A stretch of 64,000 bases of DNA from Promethearchaeota archaeon (GCA_019058425.1 JAHPYZ010000011.1:5032-69031), one strand, 5' to 3'; shown: positions 10,014 to 18,977, counted from the stretch's first letter. Numbers and translations are program-made. The notes: generated by a model from the letters alone, not told the origin.

Positions 10014-11150
10014 ATGACAAAAGGAATAATTATTTCGGGTGGATGGGGAACTCGTTTACGTCCTTTAACATGTACAATCCCTAAATCTTTGATACCAGTA
10101 GTCAATGAACCTGTTATTGAAAGACAAATCTTATTATTAAAAGCCGTGGGTATAAAAGATATTATTTTAGCTGTGAGTGTAATGTCTGATGTATTAAAAG
10201 CTTACTTTGGAGATGGAGATAAACTAGGGATAAATATCCAATATACAGATGAAAAAAGTCCATTAGGTACTGCAGGTGCTATTAAGTTAGCTGAAGATTA
10301 CATAAAAGATGAAAATTTTTTTATGTTAAATGGAGATGTTATCTTAAATTTTGATTTCAAAGAAATAATTCAAGCTCATGCAAGATATAAAGGTTTAGGA
10401 GTAATTGCAAGTAAAGTTATCTCAGATCCCTCAAGATATGGTGTTTTAATTATTGATGAAGATACAAATAAAATTACTAAATTTCTTGAAAAAACCGAGT
10501 ATGTTCCTCCAAAAGAAATGACAATTTCAATGCCAATAAACGCTGGTGTTTATCTTTTAGAACCAGAAATTCTCACATATATCGAGCCAAAAAAGAGAGT
10601 GTCAATTGAAAAAGAAGTTTTTCCTATTCTTGCCGATGAAGGAAAACTATATTATTATCCAATTCCAGGAATTTGGAAGGACATAGGCAAACCCGAAGAA
10701 TTATTAGAAGGAAATATTCAGTTAATGAACGATATTATAAATAATCAAAAAGAAAAAAAAGAAAATATTATAGAAGAAAATCTAAAAATCGAAGAAAATG
10801 TAGTAATAAATTCTCCAGTAGCTATTGGAAAAAACGTAGTTCTTAAAAAGAATTGTAAAATTGGACCCAATGTAATAATTGGAGATAATGTGCATATAGG
10901 AACTTATACCGAAATTAAAGATACATTGATTTATAATGAGGCTCATATTTCTGAAAATGTTAAATGTGAAAAGACAATAATCGCAGATAACTGCCTAATT
11001 CATGATGGAGTACAACTAATTGGGAACAATCAAAATCTTGTCATTCTTTCTTCGTATGTAGAAGTAATGGATAATGTAAAGTTAGTTGCTCCTTCTAAGG
11101 CTTCATTATCAGTATGCCATCATGATGTTGTTAGATTGGATGTATCCTAA
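10014..11150 (+). CDS. NDP-sugar pyrophosphorylase (mannose-1-phosphate guanylyltransferase-like) with left-handed beta-helix C-terminus
   Basis: GGWGTRLRPLT, PLGTAGA, NGDV, INAGVY, WKDIG; hexapeptide repeats. Confidence 0.9.
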   Translation: MTKGIIISGGWGTRLRPLTCTIPKSLIPVVNEPVIERQILLLKAVGIKDIILAVSVMSDVLKAYFGDGDKLGINIQYTDEKSPLGTAGAIKLAEDYIKDENFFMLNGDVILNFDFKEIIQAHARYKGLGVIASKVISDPSRYGVLIIDEDTNKITKFLEKTEYVPPKEMTISMPINAGVYLLEPEILTYIEPKKRVSIEKEVFPILADEGKLYYYPIPGIWKDIGKPEELLEGNIQLMNDIINNQKEKKENIIEENLKIEENVVINSPVAIGKNVVLKKNCKIGPNVIIGDNVHIGTYTEIKDTLIYNEAHISENVKCEKTIIADNCLIHDGVQLIGNNQNLVILSSYVEVMDNVKLVAPSKASLSVCHHDVVRLDVS

Positions 11151-11159
11151 TTAGATATT

Positions 11160-12533
11160 TCATATCTCTTCACGAAGTTTGATAATTTTTCTTTTTAGCT
11201 TCTTAATTCGAGAATCAGAAATATTATAAATTAGAAAACTCTCGAGAATTTTTAATGCTTTTTGATAATGCTGAATACTATTGATATAATCACCACTTTT
11301 TTCAGCGTTTTCTCCTGCTTTTAATGTAAAGTCTAACTCTATTTGTTTGACTTGTTTATCCAATTCTAACAGAATTTTTGAAATTCGATCAATTTGTGAT
11401 TTGAGTTTAAACTCTCTTGCCAAGAAAAGGGCTTTTTTATATTCTTTTTCTCCTACTTGATATGCTAAAGCTTTCTCAGCAGTTTTACCTTTCCTGATCA
11501 ATTCTTTAATAACATTAATTGCTGAATTCTCATCCATATCTTCCATTTGTTCTTTTAATTCTTCAATATCTGAGTCTGTAATAATCATCGATGATATTGG
11601 TTTGTATTTTTCAGCTTTTTCATCTTGAACTTCTTTGATTCTTTCCAGATTACTCACAGCTGCCTCTAGCTTAGTTGGTATAATAGTTTTATTCTCTACT
11701 AGCTGATATATCTGGTATAAAATAACATGTGAATCTAAGTTTACAATTTTTTTTACTCGATTTAGCAAATTATTTATAAAAAAGAAGGATTTCGAAACAA
11801 GTAATTCCTTAGCAATATTAAAAATTGCTTTTTGAATTTGATTTTGGTTGATTCCCTCCAAAATTTTAGGAGCAATTGATTGAGTTAAAATCATAGGGAA
11901 AACTAGCCTAATTTCAAATGAATCTACAATAAAATCAACCATATTTTTAAAATAAAGCATTCCAGCACTTCGAAAATTAATAAGTTCTTGACTGTAAGTG
12001 TCTTCAAATTCAGGGATGAAATGTAAGACTTGAGTTTTCATATTCTCAGAAGCTTTATTATCAAGCATCAAGCAGAGTCTAATAAACTCTCCATCTCTTA
12101 AGAGAATATTAAAATCTTGATATTGAAATTCATAAAAGTTTTGATCTCTTGTAGATTGTGAAGACTTATATGATTCTTTATGTGATTCAGAAAATCTAAT
12201 ATTTGCCTGAATGAATCCACTCAATAGATCTGCCTTTATTTCTTCTCCTGAAACAGGGTAGTTCAATAGTGTTAATCCTGATTCATTATCCATAACTATT
12301 ATATGTCTTATATTGAGAACATCCGAGAATTTTCGATAGATTATTTGTTGTTCCATCTTAATGCGACGGTCTTCTGATTCGATCTCAAAAACCTTAATCT
12401 CAGAATCCACTTCAAATCCAAGTTGTTTCAACTTATTTTTAACACACGCAAAACAATACTTTGGATATTTTACACATTTCTCCTTAATTTTTCCACAATT
12501 AAATCCCAAGTGGTCTATCTCAAAATAAACCAT
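11160..12533 (-). CDS. Asgard multidomain protein: Cys4 N-terminus, longin-like domain, wHTH-like segment, TPR/MIT-like helices
   Basis: Cx6Cx6CxxC; HIIVMDNESGLTLLNY...ADLLSGFIQA longin pattern; YINSIQHYQKAL TPR-like. Confidence 0.7.
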   Translation of the reverse strand: MVYFEIDHLGFNCGKIKEKCVKYPKYCFACVKNKLKQLGFEVDSEIKVFEIESEDRRIKMEQQIIYRKFSDVLNIRHIIVMDNESGLTLLNYPVSGEEIKADLLSGFIQANIRFSESHKESYKSSQSTRDQNFYEFQYQDFNILLRDGEFIRLCLMLDNKASENMKTQVLHFIPEFEDTYSQELINFRSAGMLYFKNMVDFIVDSFEIRLVFPMILTQSIAPKILEGINQNQIQKAIFNIAKELLVSKSFFFINNLLNRVKKIVNLDSHVILYQIYQLVENKTIIPTKLEAAVSNLERIKEVQDEKAEKYKPISSMIITDSDIEELKEQMEDMDENSAINVIKELIRKGKTAEKALAYQVGEKEYKKALFLAREFKLKSQIDRISKILLELDKQVKQIELDFTLKAGENAEKSGDYINSIQHYQKALKILESFLIYNISDSRIKKLKRKIIKLREEI

Positions 12534-12796
12534 AGAAAACTTCTATATCCATTTCTTTTAGGAATCAAAATATGATCAATATTCCTTATAACAATATTAC
12601 TTTGTACTTTTATTTGGTTTAACATAATGAAACAGGCATTTAAATTTTTAGAATAGGTATAGTTTGAAGGGAAATAATAAGAAGATAATGATTAGATTTT
12701 TAAGGTTAATATTTATCAACAAATAAAACTTTTTAGATCGTGAATTAAAGAAATAATCATAGAAACGTTTTTTAGTAAAAAATTAGAGGTTTTGTT

Positions 12797-14263
12797 TTGA
12801 AAGATTTTAAAATTGATGATGATTGGATTTTGAAACGAATTTCTAAACAGAGTAATAGTTTCAGTGAATGGATGAGTGGCTTAATTAAAGGTATAGAGAA
12901 AACACTAGAAGAAATTAATCCCGAAGCGCTTGATGAATTCAAAAAAGATGAAATGATTTTATCATTCCAAGGGTTGGACAAGGATTTAAGCGAAGCACAA
13001 AAAGAATTGGATAAGTTAGGATTTTTGGGAAAAGGTATTTCAAATTTCACAACGAAAATGTTTAGTAGGGTTAAAAAACCAATTGAGAAACATATTAAAA
13101 GATCTTTAAGAAATGTTGAGGGCTTAGATTTTGAATTAGATTTTATTACAGGTAAAAAAAAAGATTTATCTACTGCTCTTTATGATGTATCAAAAGAGAG
13201 AGGGATTGAATCTGAAGGATTACTCTATCTTATAAAAGCCCTACCAGACCTTGAGGCCTTTCTTTATAGTACCAGTGTAAGAAAATATTATCGGGATCAT
13301 ACTGAACATGCTCTTCGTGTAGCAGTTTTAGGAGATTTTCTTTTGGAACAAGATCTCGGACAAGGATCATTGGAAGGATTGATTTCTGAATTAACAGAAA
13401 TTGATAAGAAATTGCTAAAAGATAAATTCTGGTGGATTACGGGACTTATTCATGATATTGGTTATCCATTAGGAAAAATGACCACAGCAGTAAATTATTC
13501 CCTTGTGAACCAACTTTTAAAATGTTATCCCACTATTGATTTAGAATTTATTCCCTTTGAAATCAATTTAGGTTGGAAAGGTCAGCAAGAGGAATATCTT
13601 AAGATTTTGGAAGAAGACCTTTCAAAAGAAGCCCGTACATTAATAAGAAAAGGAGCTGGAATTAAAGATCAGGAATTACCCCCTCAAAAAACTCAGGTTT
13701 TCATAACTCAACCAGATGGGCATCCCGAATATCGTTATAAAGATCCAATTCAACTAGATCATGGAGTTATTTCTGCACTTTCTCTTCTTAAAGGGCTTGG
13801 ATCCCCTCAGGAAATTAAAAATAATGATGAATATAATGGATATATTCTAGTGGCTAAAGCAATAGCATTGCATAATTTTAAAGCTCAACTAAAAGATTAT
13901 GTTTTTGATGAGCAGCCTTTAGCATTTTTCTTAATGTTAATAGATGAATTACAAGAATGGGGACGACCGATACCAATTCAAATACGTGACACTTATTTTA
14001 CAACCGAATTGAAAAAAGTAACTCTATTAAACGATCTAATACTAAATTTGGATGATTTTACTTGGTTAATGCAGTTTAAAAACCAACAAGCTAAAGACTT
14101 AATGAATTTTAAATTCAAATTATTTTCAAAAGGCAAGAAGAAGGCATTTGGAAGGTTAATTAGTGGAGAAAGGTTCCCTAAAACTACGATTAATCTTCAA
14201 GATGTTGAATTTGCTGAAGAAAAGAAAGAAAAAATTGTAGCACAAGATACTATAGTAATTTGA
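12797..14263 (+). CDS. HD-superfamily metal-dependent phosphohydrolase with long helical N-terminus
   Basis: RDHTEH, LIHDIGYP, DHGVISA, IALHN and LIDELQEWGR motifs. Confidence 0.8.
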   Translation: MKDFKIDDDWILKRISKQSNSFSEWMSGLIKGIEKTLEEINPEALDEFKKDEMILSFQGLDKDLSEAQKELDKLGFLGKGISNFTTKMFSRVKKPIEKHIKRSLRNVEGLDFELDFITGKKKDLSTALYDVSKERGIESEGLLYLIKALPDLEAFLYSTSVRKYYRDHTEHALRVAVLGDFLLEQDLGQGSLEGLISELTEIDKKLLKDKFWWITGLIHDIGYPLGKMTTAVNYSLVNQLLKCYPTIDLEFIPFEINLGWKGQQEEYLKILEEDLSKEARTLIRKGAGIKDQELPPQKTQVFITQPDGHPEYRYKDPIQLDHGVISALSLLKGLGSPQEIKNNDEYNGYILVAKAIALHNFKAQLKDYVFDEQPLAFFLMLIDELQEWGRPIPIQIRDTYFTTELKKVTLLNDLILNLDDFTWLMQFKNQQAKDLMNFKFKLFSKGKKKAFGRLISGERFPKTTINLQDVEFAEEKKEKIVAQDTIVI

Positions 14264-14277
14264 GGTGATTCAAGATT

Positions 14278-14556
14278 ATGGAAGAACTAAAAGAAAATGG
14301 ATTAAAAATCTTTAATGCTCTATTTGAGCGAAAAAAAAGTGTTGAAATTGATGAAATCGAATACGACATAAAGAGATTTTCTAGTGGTGTAAGATATGTG
14401 GATCTTTTTGGATATCGTTATATCGAACAAAATCGTAATAAAAAATCGGAGTGGGGGAAAAAGGCTAGAGAAGGCCATCAAATAATGTGGATTATTAAGG
14501 GAAGACGATATATCGCACAAATTTTAGATGGACAATATAAAGATCTAAAGAAATAA
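14278..14556 (+). CDS. Small basic hypothetical protein
   Basis: GAGGTGA SD at the HD stop codon; ATG start; YIEQNRNKKSEWGKKAREGHQIMW. Confidence 0.8.
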   Translation: MEELKENGLKIFNALFERKKSVEIDEIEYDIKRFSSGVRYVDLFGYRYIEQNRNKKSEWGKKAREGHQIMWIIKGRRYIAQILDGQYKDLKK

Positions 14557-14602
14557 TCAAGAAAATTTGTTAAAAATAAAAAATAAGAAAAAAAATATTT
14601 TA

Positions 14603-14677
14603 TTAAAAATAAGGATTAAATCCAATAGCAGCTTCTATAATTATTACTTCCCTTGGGCTTAAGTTGTTTTTTTTCAA
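14603..14677 (-). CDS. Putative 24-aa micropeptide MKKNNLSPREVIIIEAAIGFNPYF (not in ORF track)
   Basis: TTG start 5 nt after AGGTGG (14683-14688, minus strand), the same SD and start codon as the 2228 gene; tandem TAA TAA stops followed by minus-strand T-tracts. Confidence 0.55.
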   Translation of the reverse strand: MKKNNLSPREVIIIEAAIGFNPYF

Positions 14678-14715
14678 TTTTTCCACCTTTTTTATGTTCG
14701 ATTTTTTTTATTTTT

Positions 14716-14800
14716 TTAAACGTTTGATTCTTAATAATAAAATAGAACATATCATATATAAATGTTTTGTTTTTTTATGATTTTTCAAACGTTCGAAAAA
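14716..14800. promoter_or_regulatory. Two palindromic operator-like sites in a divergent promoter region
   Basis: TTAAACGTTTGA at 14716-14727 and TTTTTCAAACGTTCGAAAAA at 14781-14800, the latter abutting a TATAAATA box at 14801. Confidence 0.55.
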
Positions 14801-14830
14801 TATAAATATTATAAAATATATGTATTATTT

Positions 14831-15466
14831 ATGAGTAAAGATAACATTGAAAAATCTATTCTAGATGTGTTAAAAAGTGATGTACGATTTCGTATATTCT
14901 CATTATTACACTTATATCCAGAATTGAGTTTTTCTGAAATTTCCAAAAAAATGAATAAAAGTAAATCAACTATACATCATCACCTAAAAGAGTTGATTGA
15001 TTATGACATTATTGAGCTCTCTCGTCAAGAAAAAGTAAGAGGAAACATTTTAGCTAAATACTATTCATTAAAGCCTGGATACCTTGAGAAGTTGAGTAAA
15101 ACAGATTCTGAAATTGATAAAGCTACTCCATCAACAGTGGAATTCTTTATAGCTTATCTGAATTTTAACATTAGAAATCTTGAAATTTATAAAAAATTTT
15201 TTGAAGTACTTGGAAAAAGGGAAGATGGACTTGAACAGTTGAAAGAAATGCTTAAAAAAGAAGAAAGTTTTAGTAGTATGCTCTTTCTTAGTGAGGAAAG
15301 ATATAAAAAAGTACGAGCTCTTTATTCGGATTTTACCCAAAAAATTAATGAAATTGAACGAGAAGAAAATGGGATTAATGGGGTTAAGAGAGAAAAGCCT
15401 TTTTATATATTTACTTTGGGAATGTCATTAAAACAAGTAATTGAAGGACTTAGCAAAGCTTCTTAA
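14831..15466 (+). CDS. ArsR/HTH_20-type winged-helix transcriptional regulator
   Basis: LKSDVRFRIFSLL...LSFSEISKKMNKSKSTIHHHLKEL...KYYSL; ATG 14831 follows a TATA box, so the ORF-track start at 14762 is likely too far upstream. Confidence 0.85.
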   Translation: MSKDNIEKSILDVLKSDVRFRIFSLLHLYPELSFSEISKKMNKSKSTIHHHLKELIDYDIIELSRQEKVRGNILAKYYSLKPGYLEKLSKTDSEIDKATPSTVEFFIAYLNFNIRNLEIYKKFFEVLGKREDGLEQLKEMLKKEESFSSMLFLSEERYKKVRALYSDFTQKINEIEREENGINGVKREKPFYIFTLGMSLKQVIEGLSKAS

Positions 15467-15618
15467 AGTGTATAAAAGTTAAAATCACTCTATAGAACAG
15501 TGGAATCCATCAAATTTGAAATTGGAAATTTGATCCAAAAATTGGACCCCATTTTATTTTAAATCTTTTCTATTCTTTTTTTGATTAAGTGAAAAATAAA
15601 ACAAAATTGTGATATAAT

Positions 15619-15732
15619 ATGGAAGTTAAAATAAGAATAGATACAATATATGGAACTTATGATATTAACAAGGTTAAGAGTAATCTAGATAAGAAATTTG
15701 CTCAAATAAACAAAGTACCAATAAATATATAA
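15619..15732 (+). CDS. 37-aa paralog of the 63-aa ORF with an in-frame 26-codon deletion
   Basis: MEVKIRIDTIYGTYDINKVKSNLDKKFAQINKVPINI aligns with both ends of 16025-16216. Confidence 0.45.
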   Translation: MEVKIRIDTIYGTYDINKVKSNLDKKFAQINKVPINI

Positions 15733-15766
15733 AAAATTCAAGCTTATATCTTTTCCATTTCTTAGT

Positions 15767-15792
15767 TGAGTATATTCGAAAGAATATACTCA
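15767..15792. terminator. Hairpin, 11-bp stem with GAAA loop
   Basis: TGAGTATATTC-GAAA-GAATATACTCA. Confidence 0.5.
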
Positions 15793-16024
15793 CTAGAACT
15801 TTAAATTCCCTTTAAACCTATCAAGAATTAATTCTAAATAGGATTTTTTTATAGATTCCAACCTTTCTTTTAATATCAAATAAACTTAAGAAATCAGCAT
15901 TGAACAGTGAAATCCACCAAATTTGAAAGGGGAGATTTGATCTAAAAATTGGACTCCATTTTACTTTAATTCTTTTCTTTTCTTTTTCTATTCAGTGAAA
16001 AATTAAATAGAATAGTGATATATT

Positions 16025-16216
16025 ATGGAAGCTAAAATAAGAATAAACACAAATTATTACGAATTTTTGGATTTAGTTAAAGATATATCCAAAAATTCCA
16101 AATCTATTCAAAACAGTCTAATGAAAAAAATATATGAAAATTATGATATAAACAAGGTCAAGCATAATCTAGATAGGCAAATTGCACTTCTAGATAAATT
16201 ACTGATAAATAAATAA
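16025..16216 (+). CDS. 63-aa hypothetical protein
   Basis: ATG start; frame, start and stop are conserved in the upstream duplicate. Confidence 0.6.
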   Translation: MEAKIRINTNYYEFLDLVKDISKNSKSIQNSLMKKIYENYDINKVKHNLDRQIALLDKLLINK

Positions 16217-16249
16217 AAAAATCAAGCTTAAATCTTTTCCATTTCCTAG

Positions 16250-16277
16250 GTGAGTATATTCTCTTGAATATACTCAC
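16250..16277. terminator. Hairpin, 12-bp stem, between convergent genes
   Basis: GTGAGTATATTC-TCTT-GAATATACTCAC. Confidence 0.55.
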
Positions 16278-16291
16278 TAGCACTTTAAATT

Positions 16292-16885
16292 TTATTTTAT
16301 CTTGTCAAAAATTAATTCTAGGTATGATTTTCGTATAGATTCTTCCCTTCTAATACCTAATAAACCTAAGAAATCGAATAGAATTTCTTTAGAATCTTCA
16401 AGTTTTTCCGAAGAATGTAATAAACATTCTACTTCTATAAAATGTTGATCTAATATTGGTAAATAATCAATCAAAGCTTCTATCTGATAATTTTTAAACT
16501 CAAATTCATATAAATCTCTTTCCTTTTTGACCGTAAGAACTTCTTGAAAACCTAATTCTTTCAATAAAAACTTCATTGTCTCAGTATCTTCAATCTTAAT
16601 ATCTAATTCTTTACGAGTCTTTGTCGAACTGTCTAATTTTTTACCTTTATATGTTATATAATGATTAATATTGTGTTTAATTATTTGATTATTTTTGTTA
16701 AATTCAATAGATTTTCTCACTCTTAAAGCTTCATCTGTTTCTTCAAAATTTCTTAATCCTTTTGGCATATTAAAATAAGTATCTTCATGTTGTAAAGATA
16801 TTTTATATACACCATTATTTTCCTCGAACTTTTCTCTAATAGCGGATGGATCTGAGATTCGGACTTTTATTTCTACTTCAATCAT
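16292..16885 (-). CDS. cyaB: CYTH-family protein (class IV adenylate cyclase-like/triphosphatase)
   Basis: EVEIK (ExExK), DTYFN, ALRVR, YKG, KKER, FIEVE, RKSYLEL. Confidence 0.9.
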   Translation of the reverse strand: MIEVEIKVRISDPSAIREKFEENNGVYKISLQHEDTYFNMPKGLRNFEETDEALRVRKSIEFNKNNQIIKHNINHYITYKGKKLDSSTKTRKELDIKIEDTETMKFLLKELGFQEVLTVKKERDLYEFEFKNYQIEALIDYLPILDQHFIEVECLLHSSEKLEDSKEILFDFLGLLGIRREESIRKSYLELIFDKIK

Positions 16886-17027
16886 TCTAATTTTTTCCTT
16901 ACTGATAACAATTATAATTTACTATTTTTTATTAGTATTAATGGATTGAATTCGAGTTGATCTTTTTATTTCAGCATCATTTAGCATCGTTAAAGAGCTT
17001 GCAGAAAAATATGGTTATCTTCCCTAT

Positions 17028-17933
17028 ATGATAGATAGATACATCCAATTTTTAGGAATAGATGACACTGTACAATTATTAGAAGCAAACGAAAAGCCAT
17101 TAATACCCTCAATACGTACTAATACTCTTAAAATATCTGCATCAGAATTGAAAAGAAGACTCGAAAAGAAAGGAAATGAGTTAGAACCAATTGAATGGAT
17201 TCCTTATGGATTTGAAGTTAAAAAAACATCTATAAATTTAGGATCTTCCCATGAGTTTTTACAGGGTTATTATTACTTACAAAATGTTGCTTCGATGCTT
17301 TCAGCTATCATACTCGATCCTAAACCGGATGATGTTGTACTCGATATGTGTGCTGCTCCCGGAAGTAAATCCACTCATTTAGCTCAACTTATGGGAAATA
17401 AAGGGAGGCTTGTTTTAATTGATAAAAATAGAAACCGAATACCTGCCTTAGAAGTCAATTTAAGGAGAATGGGTGTTCTAAATTCAATTATATTAAATAT
17501 GGATGCTATTAATTTATCGGATCTAAATATTAAATCTAACAAAATTCTGTTAGATGCTCCATGCACCGGAGAAGGATTAATAAGACAAGATCCTAGTAGA
17601 AAGAAAAGTAGGATGGTGAAAGAACTTGAAAAAATGTCTTCAATTCAAAGGAAGTTATTGAAAGCTGGATTAAATACATTAGATTCTAGAGGAAAACTTT
17701 TATATTGTACCTGCTCTATAGCTCCTGAAGAAAATGAGCTGGTTGTAAATGATGTATTAAATCAGGTAAAAAATTTCGAAATAGTAGAAATTCCTCGAAA
17801 TTATGGTATGAAAGGATTGACAGAAGTTTTTGGAGTTTCAATGTTAGATAGTCTAAAGTTCTCACAACGTTTATATCCTCATCTTCATGATACTATAGGC
17901 TTTTATTTCTGTCTTATAAAAAATATTAACTAA
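17028..17933 (+). CDS. RsmB/NOP2/NSUN RNA m5C methyltransferase; true N-terminus probably extends upstream
   Basis: LDMCAAPGSKS, ILLDAPCTGEG, LYCTCS, PEENE. Confidence 0.93.
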   Translation: MIDRYIQFLGIDDTVQLLEANEKPLIPSIRTNTLKISASELKRRLEKKGNELEPIEWIPYGFEVKKTSINLGSSHEFLQGYYYLQNVASMLSAIILDPKPDDVVLDMCAAPGSKSTHLAQLMGNKGRLVLIDKNRNRIPALEVNLRRMGVLNSIILNMDAINLSDLNIKSNKILLDAPCTGEGLIRQDPSRKKSRMVKELEKMSSIQRKLLKAGLNTLDSRGKLLYCTCSIAPEENELVVNDVLNQVKNFEIVEIPRNYGMKGLTEVFGVSMLDSLKFSQRLYPHLHDTIGFYFCLIKNIN

Positions 17934-18236
17934 AATTATAGTGGAATTTTGGTCTATATGAATTTATAGGGAAATTCATCTTGTATTTTATTATTTTATT
18001 ATCTTAAAAGGAATCTAATAATTTCATTGATTTTTTCACAAGAAGTAGGAATTTCTCCAGAATTACATATTTTTAGCGAAGAGTTATATCTAAATTTATT
18101 AAGAATTAATCTTTATAGAATTCTTGACATAAGTATAAAAGATACCCCTATTAGGAAATTAGGAAAAATTAAAATTCTGAAAGAATCTGAATTAAATTCA
18201 GATTTCGAAGATATAATAAAGTTGGTTATCTCTATC

Positions 18237-18977
18237 ATGAAACCTCAGATTTTATCTAGAAACATTGGATTAGAGCATCCAAGTGTAAGGAAAGTAATAG
18301 AGATAGCTGAAGAGATTATGAGCAAAAACAAGTTATTAAATGTGGAAAATCTCTATAATTTGGCAAAAAAACGATTGAATTTATCGAGAAATGGCCTTCT
18401 ATTTATAATAAAATTTTTGATTAATAAAAAGATTCTAATTGAGGGATCAAAGTTTTCTAAGGAAACTGTTCTTTTAAATGGTATTAGAAGAAATATTTAT
18501 AACTATATTAAAGTAAATCCCGGTGTACATTTCTCTTTATTAAGAAAAAAGGCATTATCTGTCGAATCTGGTAGTTCCGGGCAATTAATATGGCACTTAG
18601 AGATGTTAATAAAATTTAATTATATCAATAAAACTAGTGTAGGGAATTACACCATTTTTTTTCCTATTGAGATGGAGATTGAATTTGGAATTATAACTTT
18701 TCTATTACGAGATAGGATTAATTTAAAAATTATCGAGTTTATAGCTACACATAAATCAATCAAAAAATCAGAAATTTATAAATTAATAGACGAAAAAAGA
18801 GATCTCGTTAATTATCGTATAACCAATCTAATAAACTATGATTTGATCTATTTTGAAAATGAAAACACTAAGGAGCTCTGTATAAATCCTACCAAACAAA
18901 GTGATATTTTTGATATTATCAATATTTTTAGAAAAAAATTGAATAAAACTGAATTAAAAAAAATTAATAAAAGATAA
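18237..18977 (+). CDS. Multi-winged-helix putative transcription regulator (N-terminal wHTH plus two COG3398-like HTHs), module 1
   Basis: RRNIYNYIKVNPGVHFSLLR...SSGQLIWHLEML; full-length paralog of 60853-61536, whose N-terminus aligns to the ATG at 18237. Confidence 0.8.
   Translation: MKPQILSRNIGLEHPSVRKVIEIAEEIMSKNKLLNVENLYNLAKKRLNLSRNGLLFIIKFLINKKILIEGSKFSKETVLLNGIRRNIYNYIKVNPGVHFSLLRKKALSVESGSSGQLIWHLEMLIKFNYINKTSVGNYTIFFPIEMEIEFGIITFLLRDRINLKIIEFIATHKSIKKSEIYKLIDEKRDLVNYRITNLINYDLIYFENENTKELCINPTKQSDIFDIINIFRKKLNKTELKKINKR

Larger units (their letters stand above)
15495..16375. repeat. Diverged tandem duplication (15495-15895 and 15902-16375)
   Basis: Both copies begin GAACAGTG(G/A)AATCCA, share the mini-ORF, the hairpin and the cyaB 3' end, and finish TAAAC(T/C)TAAGAAATC. 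Confidence 0.9.

Noticed and set aside
12763-12770. AAACGTTT upstream of the HD gene as a third operator copy
   Set aside because: Only the 8-bp core matches, and the same core occurs inside coding regions (~43391, ~54928), so chance is likely.
15495-16375. Duplication as a CRISPR array or IS/MITE
   Set aside because: Only two long units, no repeat-spacer periodicity, no terminal inverted repeats and no transposase; it includes host cyaB sequence.
18027-18236. 70-aa N-terminal extension of the first wHTH regulator
   Set aside because: Absent from the paralog at 60853; the ATG at 18237 aligns with the paralog start.
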